Shown piece by piece: positions 14,002 to 26,609 of a DNA stretch of 64,000 bases. Source of the DNA: Lama glama (lineage: Eukaryota); the NCBI GenBank assembly GCA_028534125.1, contig CM052816.1, positions 39,682,001 to 39,746,000 on the forward strand. Reading direction: 5' to 3'. Below the pieces are notes generated by a model. It saw nothing but the letters and a program-made list of their open reading frames with translations. It ran no database searches and had not been told where the DNA came from. Position numbers and translations under genes: made by a program. Numbering within the stretch: the first letter of the stretch is position 1; the number at the start of each line of letters is the position of its first letter.

Positions 14002-14740
14002 CCATCTCACCACAATCAAGATAACACATATATTGCTCACCCCTAGTGTCATCATTCCCTTTTATGAATTCTCCCTTCTCTCTAGTCCTGGCCACTCCAT
14101 CCCCAGACAACCACATAACTTTTTTCCGTCTTTATAAATGTGTGTGCATTTCCTAGAAATTTCTGTAAATAAAATCACACAACATATAACATTTTATGTC
14201 TGCCTTTTTCACTAGCATAATTGTTTTGAGATGCATCCATGTTGTTGCATGTGTCAGTATGTAATTCCTATTGATTGCTGAGTAGTATAACCTTATACAG
14301 ATACATATAGCAGAATTATCCATTCATCTAGTATTGACATCTGGGTTGTTTTCAGTTTTTGCCTATCATGATAAAGCTACCACAGATGTTCATACACTAG
14401 TCTTGCTCCAGACATATGGTTCTATTTCTCTTGGGCAAATACATAGGAGGAAAATGACTGGGTTCTATGGTAGGTGTATGTTTAACTTTGTAAAAAACTG
14501 CCATTTGGTTTTCCAAGTGGTTTTATCATTTTACATTGTCACCAGTAAGGTATGAGAAATCCAGTTGCTCTAAACCTTACCAACACTTGGTATAATCAGA
14601 CTTTTAAATCTTAGATATTTTAATAACAATGTAGTGGTATTTAATTAGGTTTAAGCTTCAGTTCTCTAACACCTAATGATATTAACCCAGTTTCCATGTG
14701 CTTATTTGCAATCAGCTTATCTTCTTTGCTGATGCTATTG
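14002..14740 (-). mobile_element. Ancient L1 (L1MB/L1MC-like) 3' region
   Basis: 'accacaatcaagataa', 'ccccagacaaccac', 'ttttgagatgcatccatgttgttgcatgtgtcagt', 'ggtaggtgtatgtttaactttgtaaaaaactgcca'. Confidence 0.8.
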
Positions 14741-15329
14741 CATTCAACTTCACTTGTTGGATAATTAGCTATAAATCATGAAAAGGTAATTGACTCTAAG
14801 CAAAAAAGATACGACATATTTTGAGACTTATAGAATATGGAAATAAAAGGGATGGCAACAGCACAAAGACTGAGAGGGAAGAAACGGGGTGAATAGATAA
14901 ATATAGGAAGAGGCAGAACCAAAAGTTCCTCCTCTTCACCTTCATGCCCCATGGAGAAGGTATCATCAAAATATTGGTTGCATAAGGGGTGAGTTACCTG
15001 GAGACAGAGGTGGTCAAAGGGTAATAGTGTCAGAACAAATTTAGGATAAATTTAGGTAATCATCTTTGTAGTGGTTCCTACATCACCCACTTCCTACATT
15101 GAAGAGGGTTTCTAAGTCTTTCACCCCACACCTTGGAATAACATCACCCTAGCTAGCTGATTTATCTGGGGAAAATCTGATTGCAGGAAAATCTTTGAGA
15201 CTTCTGGGTAGAATACTGGTCTAAAGGAATTAGAGCAAAGCGAAAAACTTGTACTAGATGAAGCAATATTAATAGGCAAGCCCAAGTAAGATTTAAAAAT
15301 TCTAAAAGAGGTAAGATAAATATTAATAA

Positions 15330-15710
15330 TATGGAGGAGGAACAAACAAAAAATGTTTTCTTAACAGTTATTAACAGAAGGACTAATTGGAAATATTGAA
15401 CATAAAAATAGTTTAAATGAAGAACTCAATGAGTGAGATTTATAACAGAATTCATACAGGTAAATGAGAAATTAATGAGTTCAAAAATCAGGTCAAGAAA
15501 TTATGCCAGAAGACATCAAGAAGAAATAAAAGAAAAAATTTAATAGTGCAAGTGATTTGGAGAATATAAATAGAAGTACAAATACCTGTCTATTTTGAGT
15601 GCCAGAAAAGAGAAAACCAAGAAAGCAAGAGAGGGAATATTAAGAAACAAAAAGTCCTTCAAGCAGAAGGAAATTAACATTAGATGGTAGCGTGAGTACC
15701 CAATGGAGTG
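15330..15710 (+). mobile_element. Degenerate L1M/HAL1 ORF1-region fragment
   Basis: A-rich purine strand with 'gagaaattaatgagttcaaaaatcaggtcaagaaatt...agaagtacaaatacctgtctattttgagtgccagaaaagaga'. Confidence 0.45.
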
Positions 15711-17599
15711 AAGAGAAATGGCAATGAAAACAATGTGAGCAAATACAAGATTGTATTTCTTGCTATAAAATCTCTTTTTAAAAAGTCGACTGGAAAATAC
15801 CCAATTTATTGCAAGTCAAAAAATTAGATTGAAATGAGTCAGTGTCAACTGAGTCACACCAACCAGAATTTGTCAACGGGAAAATGTATACTGCACTGAC
15901 TGTGGCTGGAGAGTTTACAGCTATCCACTCTGGCAGGTGATAATGGTTAAGACAGATGTCATTCTGCAGTGAGTGAACTGCTTCCAACTTATTTCTCTAT
16001 AATGCAGCTGAAAGCTTCCTTTATGTCTTTCTTCCTGTCATAAACATTGTATTATGGCTGAAGCTCCAGCCATCTTTCTCCAGTGAGTGTTGGCTTTGGC
16101 ATCACTCAACTTCAGCAACAGCAATACTGACCTCAAGACTCTGTGCAGAATAATTACAACAGTACTCAGCCTCGGCATCTAGGAGTCAAATATTTTTTGT
16201 TACTGTAAATTCATTATTTTCATATCAAAAACTATTACAGAAACTGGCCAACAGCTTTGTGCACTTTTCTTGGTTTTTTCCTAATTATTCCTTCCTTTCT
16301 TGAATCCTACCCATCTCTGATACCTCAACACAAACCCTCACAATTTTCTTTACTTCTGACCTCCTTCACTTCCTCTGACTCATTCCATTTTTACTCCTCT
16401 AGATAAAGTCACCATGGACTCAGGGAAAAGCCACGAAGAGGGATGAGCTCTCCACTTGGGAAGGGGACACATAAGCACCTCTTTTGGTTGGTAAGAGAGA
16501 AATCAAAGCTGCTGCAACTCAGTATCATTGCAAAGATCACAAGGGCTGCCAGAGATGGTGGTTTTGGAAACGCTCCCTCAGGGGTGCTAGGGACAAAAAG
16601 AAGATCTGAAGTCTCAGCAGCCCACCTATGTTAGAGGTGAACAGCTATGAAGACTTCCTTAACAGCAGGGCAGGTACCAATGGAAGCAGCTGAGCTAATA
16701 TGGTAGCTAATAATTTCTAGTAAAATGTTAATGCTGAACAATTCTATGTTTAAATTGTATATTTTTCTTGTATTTTTTATTTAAAATATATAAAAATTTA
16801 GTTCAATTCCTTTGAAAATTAATTTTGAATAATTTAATAAATTAATGGAATTAATTTAATAAATTAATATCATAACTATGTAAGACCTGTATTTTAAGAA
16901 ACATCCACTAATGTCCTGATATTAGAAATTTTCTCCTGTTTTCCCATCCTCTTGTTATGTGAGAAAAATAGCCTTATAGTTTTATCACTGTTAGTTTTTC
17001 TCTTATTTACAGCTGGATGAATAATTTCTAATGAAGACAAACTATATTTTTCTTTAAGTCTGTATATTTGTATACAGTTTAAACAGAAAAAGGTCAGTTT
17101 ATGATACATCCAAAGTAACAATGTGTGTTTATCGGGTAGTATGTAAATAGTTCTCTCCTGCTTGAAAATCATGTAATACTTGAGTAAATGAAATAAAATT
17201 AAAAAGTACATTAGAAAAAAAGCAAAAATACCTAGGACCAGTCCATAACTAGGACTAATTAAAGAACAATTGTTAGATTATTCAAAGGGACAGCATATAG
17301 AATTAACGTCTTTTGAGCGTACTTTATTGTCAACAAGGACTATTTTCACCTTTCATTATTCTTCTCATATTTCCAATCCATTCTATCACCATTCCATACT
17401 TCCTCATCCTCAACACTTCCCCCCCCCCTTTTTTTAAACATCCAAAGAAAATAGAAACCAGTAGCTGGATGCTCCCTCAAGTAAAGTTACAAAATATCCA
17501 ACCATTTACATCTCTGAGCCCTTCTTCTTTTTGTCTCCGTCTTCTTAACCCATACAATTTACTCCTGGGCTCTTTCTTTTTTTCACTTCAAGGTTTCTC

Positions 17600-19056
17600 A
17601 GAGTAGTTGCTTACGCTTGCTGTTTCTTTTTTCTCACCATCCATTCACAGTTCAATACACTCTGACATGACTAATTCTGTCAGTCCACCAAAAAGGCTCG
17701 TGATATAGCGGTTGGTCAACTCTATGCCATTCAATTCCTTAGTGGTGTTCAGTCCTAAATACAGATGCCATCTAAACAGCCTCCAAGCACTCCATAGTTT
17801 CCACCACCTCACTCTCCTGGTTTCCTCTTAACTCTTACCTCCTTCCTCTCACATTTGCTTTTGCTGGGGCATCTTCTTATCTTCAGTGTTTCAAATGTTG
17901 GAGAATCTCATGGTTATATCTCACTCAACTTTGTCTTCTCATTTTCTGTATCTTCACTGAGAAATCTCATGCCCATAGTTAAAATTACCATCTACATGCA
18001 TTAATATGACTCTCAAGCTCATACGTCTTGTCCCAGATCTTTGAAGATATTTATTCAGTGCCTACTGAAGTTATCCACTTGAATATTTAAAATATATCTC
18101 ATATACAATATGGTTGAAACAAAAATCTTTCCCTCTTCCAGTTTTCTCCATGACAGTTTTGTTTTCTTTTTATAATTTCTACTATCAGTTTCAAATCCAG
18201 ATACATATTAGGCTTCCTTAATACTATCTTTCTTCCATCACTCACCAACATCCAACTAAGTAAGGCCTGTCCATTTTCGATGTCCTGAAGAGCTGGGAGT
18301 CCAATACATGTCTTGAAAAAATGCTACCATATTTAATATCATCTAAAGAGGAATCCCTTAAACTATGTCCTAGACACATAAATATTTTTCTATTTATTTC
18401 TTCCATTCTGATTTCTAGTCTTTACAAATAAAGCCAGAATTATGATTATGATTATTTAAACCTCAACTATAAGTGTACTTCTAAAAGTTAAAGCATGTTA
18501 GTGAATTTCATTTTGAGATTATAAACCAAAACCCTTAAGAAGATATGCAAGTCCTTACTAATGTGGTCCTTGTCTACAACTCATCCGTCCTCTAATATCA
18601 TACCTCTACTATTTACTGTGATCCATACCATGTTTCCCATTTTTCCTGGAATAAACAGGAGCTTCCCTCCTGAAAGTGAGCCTTTACACATGTTGTTCTC
18701 CCTGGCTAGAAGATGATCTTACTTTCTCTCAGTCACTTAAAACCTGATTTATTTTTCAGATAGCTTTAACTCCTTCACATTCTCTGTGACTCTTCCTCTG
18801 GTATCACTGTGGAGTAAACCAGGTCCCTTTCCTCTATGACTTCATAACTCTCACATTTCTTCCTTTTTAGCATTTTTCACATTTTAAAGTGTGACTTTAA
18901 TTCATTTTTCTCTTCCCAACCTGTGATGATAAAGATTATGTATGCTTTACCTGTTTTTGAATCCCCAATGTGCAGCAATGTATCAAATACATAGTTAGAT
19001 AATCAACAGATATTTGGTGAATTAAATAAAATGAGATGAGTGAACAAATGAATGAC
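17600..19056 (+). mobile_element. LINE-2 (L2a-like) 3' portion, about 1.4 kb
   Basis: 'ctcactctcctggtttcctc', 'aaaattaccatctacatgc...gactctcaa', 'tgcctactgaagttatccacttgaat', ending in an L2 tail 'tcaacagatatttggtgaattaaataaaatgagatgagtgaacaaatgaatga'. Confidence 0.75.
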
Positions 19057-19237
19057 TTAATCATCAACAAACACCTGGATTGCAAAGACGATAGTTGTGA
19101 ATTAGCATGGAAATTCTTGTTTCCAATATAATAAAATTAAGGCATATATATCATAAGATATATTTATTTTAGACACGGAATAGGTTTCCACTGGATATAG
19201 AAGAAAAGAATGCAAGCAGGCTGTGTCTGGAACAGAA

Positions 19238-19400
19238 GCATTCAGCCATTGAATAGATATTTATCAAGCATCTTTTGGACTTCAGTCACTTTGACAGATG
19301 CTGAAGATACAAAGACCAAAATACACAGCCCTTCCTCTCAAAAGGTTAAGGACAAAACATGAAACAAAAGTATGAATTCAGTAATAGAGGTGAATGAAAA
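19238..19400 (-). mobile_element. LINE-2 3' end
   Basis: 'cattcagccattgaatagatatttatcaagcatc...gatgctgaagatacaaag...cagcccttcctctcaa'. Confidence 0.6.
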
Positions 19401-21974
19401 GTAGTGGATTCAGAAAAGGTTACAATAGGGAAATGTATTTTTATTCTCTGATATTACTATCTTTGTAGGATAGACACTAAGTTTGAATTTTTCTTTTACT
19501 TCACAACAGTCTTATAATTGCTGTCTTTGTAGTATCTAAGATCTCTGAAAAGAATATGCATTTTAGATGTGTTTTGTCTGCTATCTAGCCATAAGTTTAC
19601 CGAGTAATACAATTATTTTATCTCTCGAGGTTCAAATGAAAGAACAAATATAAAAATATTCTGGAAACAAAGATAAATTACAATATTAATGTAAAATATT
19701 ACAATTGTTTTCTGGATTCAGCTAAAACATATACAAAATATTTTGGACACAAATATAAATTACTACAGCAAATTTAGACTTTATCATTATTATCTTGTTT
19801 AAGGTAAAGGGCTGTGTCACAAGATGGACTTTGATGATAACATTTTATTTAAATTGTAGTACATGCTCATTTGAATTAAAAGTTAATTTTCAAGCCAAAA
19901 TGTCTAAATATAATGTGAAATGTATGTTGGTACTACCTGTACAAACACCAGAGGGCTGAACTCTGAAGAGTAAGATATTCCCTATAATATTTTTCTCATA
20001 AACTTGCATGCAGCCCGAATGGAATAGTATCAAATGACAACTGTGTCTTGAAGCATGATACTGAATTTGTGCCTATGTGTTACATAGATATTAATTACAC
20101 GGTGCAGGTGACTTACGTGCAATGTGAGTTATATCTCAATAAAGCTGTTATAAAAACATTAGCATTTTTGTGAAACAGTAAAATAATGGAATTAATTTTG
20201 AAAGGCTATGTTTGGATAAAAAGTAATTTTTCCTAGTATGAATAAGATAAAAGGAAAGTTTCTTAAAACATAAGAAAATGCATGACAAAGGTAAAATAAT
20301 AACATTTAATGGAATCAAAATTTTATGATATAGGAATTTATAACTATTAAAATACACTTTTTTTCTTTACGCTCTGTGTTATCTTGAGCAAAATTATTGA
20401 CTGAAAATATTGATAGACATATGCCCAGAAAAAGAAGTTCTAGATCATCTGTGTTTGATTAAATATGGCAACAGAAGAAAACAAAATGGATGACTACATG
20501 TCATGCTTTCTGATACTGGAATGATGTATTAGATCCTATGCTATGAGGCACAAAGCCTGAAGGAGAGAAACTCCTTCAGGGGCCCATATTTCTCCGAGGC
20601 TGACAGTTATCTTCATCCTACTGTTATCTAAATTATAGGTAAGCCAATAGAATAGATAAGTTAAAGCATTATATATAAATTATATGATAAAAATGTTTCC
20701 CTCTACTCAAGGTAAACATTTGGGAAAAGAGCAACTGGAATAAAAATTGTGTTTAAAGAAACAGCCCTATTGGGCCTGTGCTTTTGATTATTATTCCAGA
20801 TATAAATGTCATTAGTTTGGCCTATATCTGGTAATTACTAACTTCAATGCTAAAATACAGTGCTTTCCCAGTACTGCAGGAAGTAGGGAACTGTAGATGA
20901 AGATTAAGCTAAAATTTCTATCACAAAAATCCACTGAATGCACTTGAAAAAATACATTTTAAATTTATTTCTATAACTGCAATAAAAATAATATTTTTCC
21001 CTGGCTATAAAGAGGATGTAATCAGATTTTTTAAATAATGGAGATATCACTATAAATGCATCCATATTATTAGCTAAGTAAGTGATTAGGCTGGTGAAAT
21101 TTCTGAATCATTTGCAATGTCCTGAAACACTCAGGCAAACCCACTGGTTCTTCTTCAGTGATTGTTCAGTGTGTAAAATACCTAATTCATGGTGGATTTT
21201 ACTAAGAAGTATAACTTGACTAAGAATATTATTTTTCAGTAAAAACAAATCATAAGTTATTTTTACTCAAGTGGAAATTATATATTCAGTAAACATTTAC
21301 TGAAATAATATGTAAACAAATAATGGAAAATTCAGTTAAAGAAGGATGGCTAGTTAGATGCAAACTAGTCTGCAGGAGTATATTTTAAATGCAGTATAGT
21401 GATATATATACTCAAAATTTTATTATATGTATATGAATGACATGTACATTTATTATATATATATATTACATATATATTAAGTACACACATGAAAATAGGG
21501 GGTAGAATTCACATATACTTTATCCACATGCAAAACATATTTAATATTTTAAATTAATGGCATAGTTGTTAGGCCATAAATGATTAGTAACAAAGGATAT
21601 AAATAATATGATTTTAAAACTTATTTAGTTATAGGGAGCCCATGTAAATCTATGATTAATTATCCGTAATTTAAGTGATGGAACTATCCTTTTATTAATT
21701 AAGAGAATCTCTTTTATCTATCCGTAACATTTCAGGAAGTTCAACACCAGAATTTCAAATAATAGAGCAGCCCCTAGTTATACACTCCAGACTTTTAAAA
21801 TTGAGGATTTATGGCAGTGAAATGTGTATCAGTCTGAATAAAAGTAATAACAATTATCTCAAGCATAAAGTGTGCACCTTTGAGTGTCAGGAAAGTGAGT
21901 AGGAATGAACTGAATTATACTTATTACCTCCCATTTGACACAGGGAGATGAAGGGGTACTGATTATCTGTGCTG

Positions 21975-22160
21975 AGCAGGGAGAGTCCAGTTCCTAGGTT
22001 AAGACACATGCAAGACCTATATACTTATTTGATCTTGATCAGTTACAATTGCTGAACCTCCACTTCCTCATTAGAAATGAGGAAAACCATCCTCATCCTC
22101 ACAGGATGGGTGTGAGAATGACATGAGTCATTAAATGTAAAGTGTTCAGGGCAAGTCTTT
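21975..22160 (+). mobile_element. MIR SINE
   Basis: 'ctgaacctccacttcctcattagaaatgagg...cctcacaggatgggtgtgagaatgacatgag...aaatgtaaagtgttcag'. Confidence 0.65.
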
Positions 22161-22722
22161 TGTTGTTGACGTTATTCTGTTAAAGTGCTCCTGAAAGAGC
22201 TAGTGATCACAGAGCCTATGCCCGATACCCTCACCTCTTCCCAGGTCCTGTCAGCACCATTTGCTAGCTTCTCCTGAGATTAGCAGTGTCTCCAGGAATG
22301 TGTAGGTATGGGTGGTCAAATCAGATGTGGCCAAGGTCCTGCCAACTCTCTCTACACCTACTTGCTCTTACCTGAAAGTAATTTAACGAGTGAGAAATGT
22401 TTAGTTTCAAAATAATCGATTAAAATCTAATAGCTGTAAATGCAAGATTTGCTTCACATGTTGAAACTAATTTCACAAAAGTAATATAATGTGTTGGTTA
22501 TTGTTTTTGTACAGAAAATGAGACTAAGGAAAGCACTTGGATTTTCATATGTCTGAAGCAGGGGTAGAAAATGCTCCTATTTGTGTGTCTGAAGGAAGGT
22601 GGAGGGTGGAGGGTGGAGGGTAGACATTGAAAGCTTAGAGTGAATTTACCATGAGGTCATACACAATATTTTCTCTTGGAAGAGCTGTTTTATCTCTGGC
22701 TACATATAAGAATCATTTTCAT

Positions 22723-23581
22723 GTCTTGGCTATTGTAAATAGCGCTGCTATCAACACTGGGGTGCATATACCTTTTTGAAATAAGGTTCCCTCTGGATAT
22801 ATGCCCAGGATAGAACTGCTGGATCATATGGTAAGTCTATTTTTAGTTTTTTAAGGAATCCCCACACAGTTTCCCCTACTGGTTGCACCAAACTACATTC
22901 CCACCAACAGTGTAGGAGGGTTCTCTTTTCTCCACACCCTCAACAGCATTTATCATTTGTGGACTTTTGAATGATGGTCATTCTGACTGGTGTGAGGTGA
23001 TGCCTCATTGTAGTTTTGATTTGCATTTCTCTGATAATTAGTGATACTGACAAGTAATGGAAACAACCTAAATATCCATTGACAGGTGACTGGATAAAGA
23101 AGCTGTGGTATATTTATATAATGGAATACTACTCTCCCATAAAAAAGAATAAAATAATGCCATTTGCAGCAACATGGATAGGCCTGAAGATTGTCATTCT
23201 AACTGTAGTAAGCCAGAAAGAGAAAGAAAAATAGCATATGATATCACTTTTATGTGGAATCTAAAAAAATAACACAAATGAACTTATTTATAAAACAGAC
23301 ACAGATTCACATAGAAAACAAACTTATGAATTCTAGGGGAGGGGGAAAAGAGATAAATTGGGAGCTTGAGATTTGCAGATACTAACTAATATATATAAAA
23401 TAGATAAAAATTTATACTGTATAGCACAGGGAACTATAGTCAATATCTTGTAGTAACTTATAGTGAAAATATGAAAATAAATAAATGTATGTTCATGTAT
23501 GACTGAAGCATTATGCTGTACACCAGAAATTAACACATTGTAAACTGACTATACTTCAATAAAAGTATATATACAAAAAAA
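22723..23581 (+). mobile_element. Lineage-specific L1, 5'-truncated with 5' inversion (22723-23050 antisense, 23051-23581 sense); 15-bp TSD
   Basis: AAGAATCATTTTCAT at 22708-22722 and 23582-23596. ORF2 C-terminal sequence is inverted, then the sense ORF2 end, 3'UTR, AATAAA and A-tail follow. Confidence 0.92.
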
Positions 23582-23819
23582 AAGAATCATTTTCATATGA
23601 TACTTAACGCATTCAGTTTTTATGAGCTGAGGATACACGTTATTTTAATGTGTAGTTTTTGAGGCTTAGTTTTCTAAAAAAATCATTAACATGTCATTGA
23701 AATAACTGTTTATTTCATAAAATTATGTTATGAAGAAAGAACAAAAGGTTCTGATGAACTGCATTTCTTAATAGAAGAAATAAAGGATCGTCATATGATG
23801 ATATCATGGTTACTTCCTT

Positions 23820-23940
23820 CACTTATTCACCCATTCATTCATTCAGTCCATAAATACTGTTTTAAGATCTATGTGCCACATATGGTGCTGATTGATAGAA
23901 ATTAAAATAAGACACAGTTTCTCCTGGATAAGTTCAGAAA
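23820..23940 (-). mobile_element. LINE-2 3' end
   Basis: 'ccattcattcattcagtccataaatactg...ctatgtgccacatatggtgct...taagacacagtttctc'. Confidence 0.55.
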
Positions 23941-24189
23941 TGAAAAAGATCCTCTATATGCATAAATATTTTAAAAGTTAATTTAAGATATGAAAAATTA
24001 TGCTCACATAAAACATGTACACTAATATTCATTATTGCTGTGTTTGTAATAGCCACAAGCTGGAAAAAGCACAGATGTCTTTCAAAGAATCACTGGTTAA
24101 ACATATCATAAAATTTGATATTAATTTATGAGTCAACTATAATTCTAGTTTTGAGTGTTTCTTAAAAACACTAAATTATTTTTCCAGGT

Positions 24190-25175
24190 TTAAAAATTTT
24201 CATCATCTTTATTGATATATAAGAGACACACAGAAAAGTAGAAGAGTGCTCATATTTAAAATATTCAATTTTATGTTTTGGTATAAATATGTTATATATA
24301 TTCATATTATATATGTATATATGTGTATATATATACACAAACAGACACACACATATATTCTCCATGAAATCATCAACATAAACAAGACTGAACAAATCCA
24401 TCACTTCCAAAAGTTGCTTCATACCCCTTTGTAATCTTTCCTTCCCATCCCTCCCTGCCCTCTTCTGTTCTGGAAACCACTGAAATACTTTCTGGCACTA
24501 TAGATTAATCTGCATTATATAGAATTTAATGTAAATGGTGTAATATGTATTTATCTTTCCATGATTTACTCCACACATTTGCCATTCATATATTTCCTTT
24601 GAAGACATTCCATTTGAAATATTTGCCCATTATTTATTAGTGTTCACTTTCTTGTTATTAAAGTGTTTTAAATATATTTTGTTTATAAGTCATTCATCAG
24701 ATATACAATGTTCATACATTTTATCCCAGTTTGTCATTTATCCTTCACTAACTAACAGTGCCTTTCAAAGAGCACAGCTTTTGAATTTTTATGAAGTTCA
24801 AATGTCTTTTTTTTTAATGGCTTGTTCTTTCAATGTCGTATCTAAGACATCGTTGCCTAAGTGAGGTCACAAATGTTCTGTTCTGATATTTTCCTTGATA
24901 AGTTTTCTAATATCAGCTATTACCTTTATATCCATGATACATCTTAGTTCATTAGACAATTTTGCATAAAACATGGATCAAAATGATAATTTTTTTGTAC
25001 ATGGATATCCAATTGATTCAACCCATTTCTTATAAAGATTATATTTCCCTACTGAATTGCCTTTGCATCTTTGAAAAAAGTTAACTTCCATATAGTTACA
25101 GTTCTATTTCACCCCTCTTCTGTTCCATTGGGCTGTTAGTCTTATCTGGACAATAACATAACTTTCTTGATTAGT
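24190..25175 (-). mobile_element. Ancient L1M (L1MB/MC-like) 3' region with internal deletions
   Basis: 'tttattgatatataa', 'aaatccatcacttccaaaagttgcttcataccccttgtaatc', 'tgtacatggatatccaattgattcaacccattt'. Confidence 0.7.
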
Positions 25176-26609
25176 TGATGATGACAATCCTGTAGAATGA
25201 AAAATTTCATTTTGGTGTTTAAGTAGCTAAGTACATGTATCATTTCAACCCATGATTGAAATGATAATTTGTCTACTGGGCTTCATTGAGACTTGTGCAT
25301 ATTTGGAACACTTCTCCATGAGAAAGAGAGCTACATATACTTAGTAGGTATGATTCACCTCACTGTTATCTAACCAAGTTTTATACTTGAGAATCTTTGG
25401 CCCAATTAAACATTTACACATGCCAAGGGAATGCAATTACCATGTCAGAAGACTGCTTCTGAAGAACTCAGGAATTTGGGAGAGAGTAGGTGAGAAATTT
25501 AAATATGGTTTTTTTTTGGCAAGTTGTATTTTTCACCTAAAACTGTGAACAGTAAAGTATGAGTGCAGACAGATTTGATAACACATTCTTCCTATTATCG
25601 GTTAAGGCTGTCTGAAAAGTTTGACTTTCCTGTAAGTCAAACCATTAAAATGCACTTCAATGCAAGTCATTTCCCTAAAATTTTCTGCCTTTTCCATTTT
25701 TTGCTTGGGATGTATTTTCTAAGTTTATTACTGGAAAAAGTTAAATATTCAGTTCTCTTTTTAATAGAGATAATACTAGAAAATCATGAAAGTCGTTCAT
25801 AGTTGCCAAGCTGACAAATGAGTCCCAAGAAGAAAATAGACCATATGCTGAGGAATTAATTTTGACTTTCTAATAATACTTTTGATGTAATTATAATGTC
25901 ATCATTGATAGATAGACTCTTTAATTCCTCATTTATAACTTATATAGTGTCTTCCACAAAAAGAAAGACAAAGCTACTGAGTTCTGGGGCAAGTTTGTTC
26001 AGAAATTCACTATCATTAACACAGGTTTATTTAGGTATTTAATTAACATAACTAAATAATTATAATAGACCAAACAATTAAAATAAGAGCACTTTATGGC
26101 CTTTGATAAGCTCATCTCTGCAAATAGATTAGCATATAAACAGTTTCACATAGTATGTATATTGGTCAAAAAAAAAAAGAAGTCCTCAGAATGGTTATAA
26201 TAAATCAAAAAGAATGCTCTTTAATTCTCAGTAATCAATAGAGAGTACCACAAAACGAACTGTGGTGGTAAGAACAAATTAATATCTAAGTAGCCACCCC
26301 AAATTAAGTCACGTACATGTTAGATGAGGTTTCAGAGTTCATGACAGTACAGAAGCACGGGCAATGACACAGCAGCAAATTCGTGCCATAAGCTGCTGTG
26401 TAATATAGATATCAAGTAAAAATATCCAAGACACATTCATCAGATAGAGCAGAGAGCATTACTACAAAACTATGCAGCCAGCAGAAATATTTCTGTCTCC
26501 CTCCCAAAACTTTATCTCTACCTATATAGTGACAAAATGCTAAAATCTTCACAGACTGGAGGATAGTAATCGAGACTTCTGGAACTGACTGAAACAATCA
26601 AGCAAAAAG

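Noticed and set aside
18900..19400. Tail-to-tail L2 pair as a hairpin or miRNA precursor
   Set aside because: The arms are too diverged to show a long complementary stem by eye and are about 180 bp apart.
22598..22620. (GGTGGAG)x3 as a possible G-quadruplex
   Set aside because: Only three GGG tracts; an ordinary short tandem repeat.
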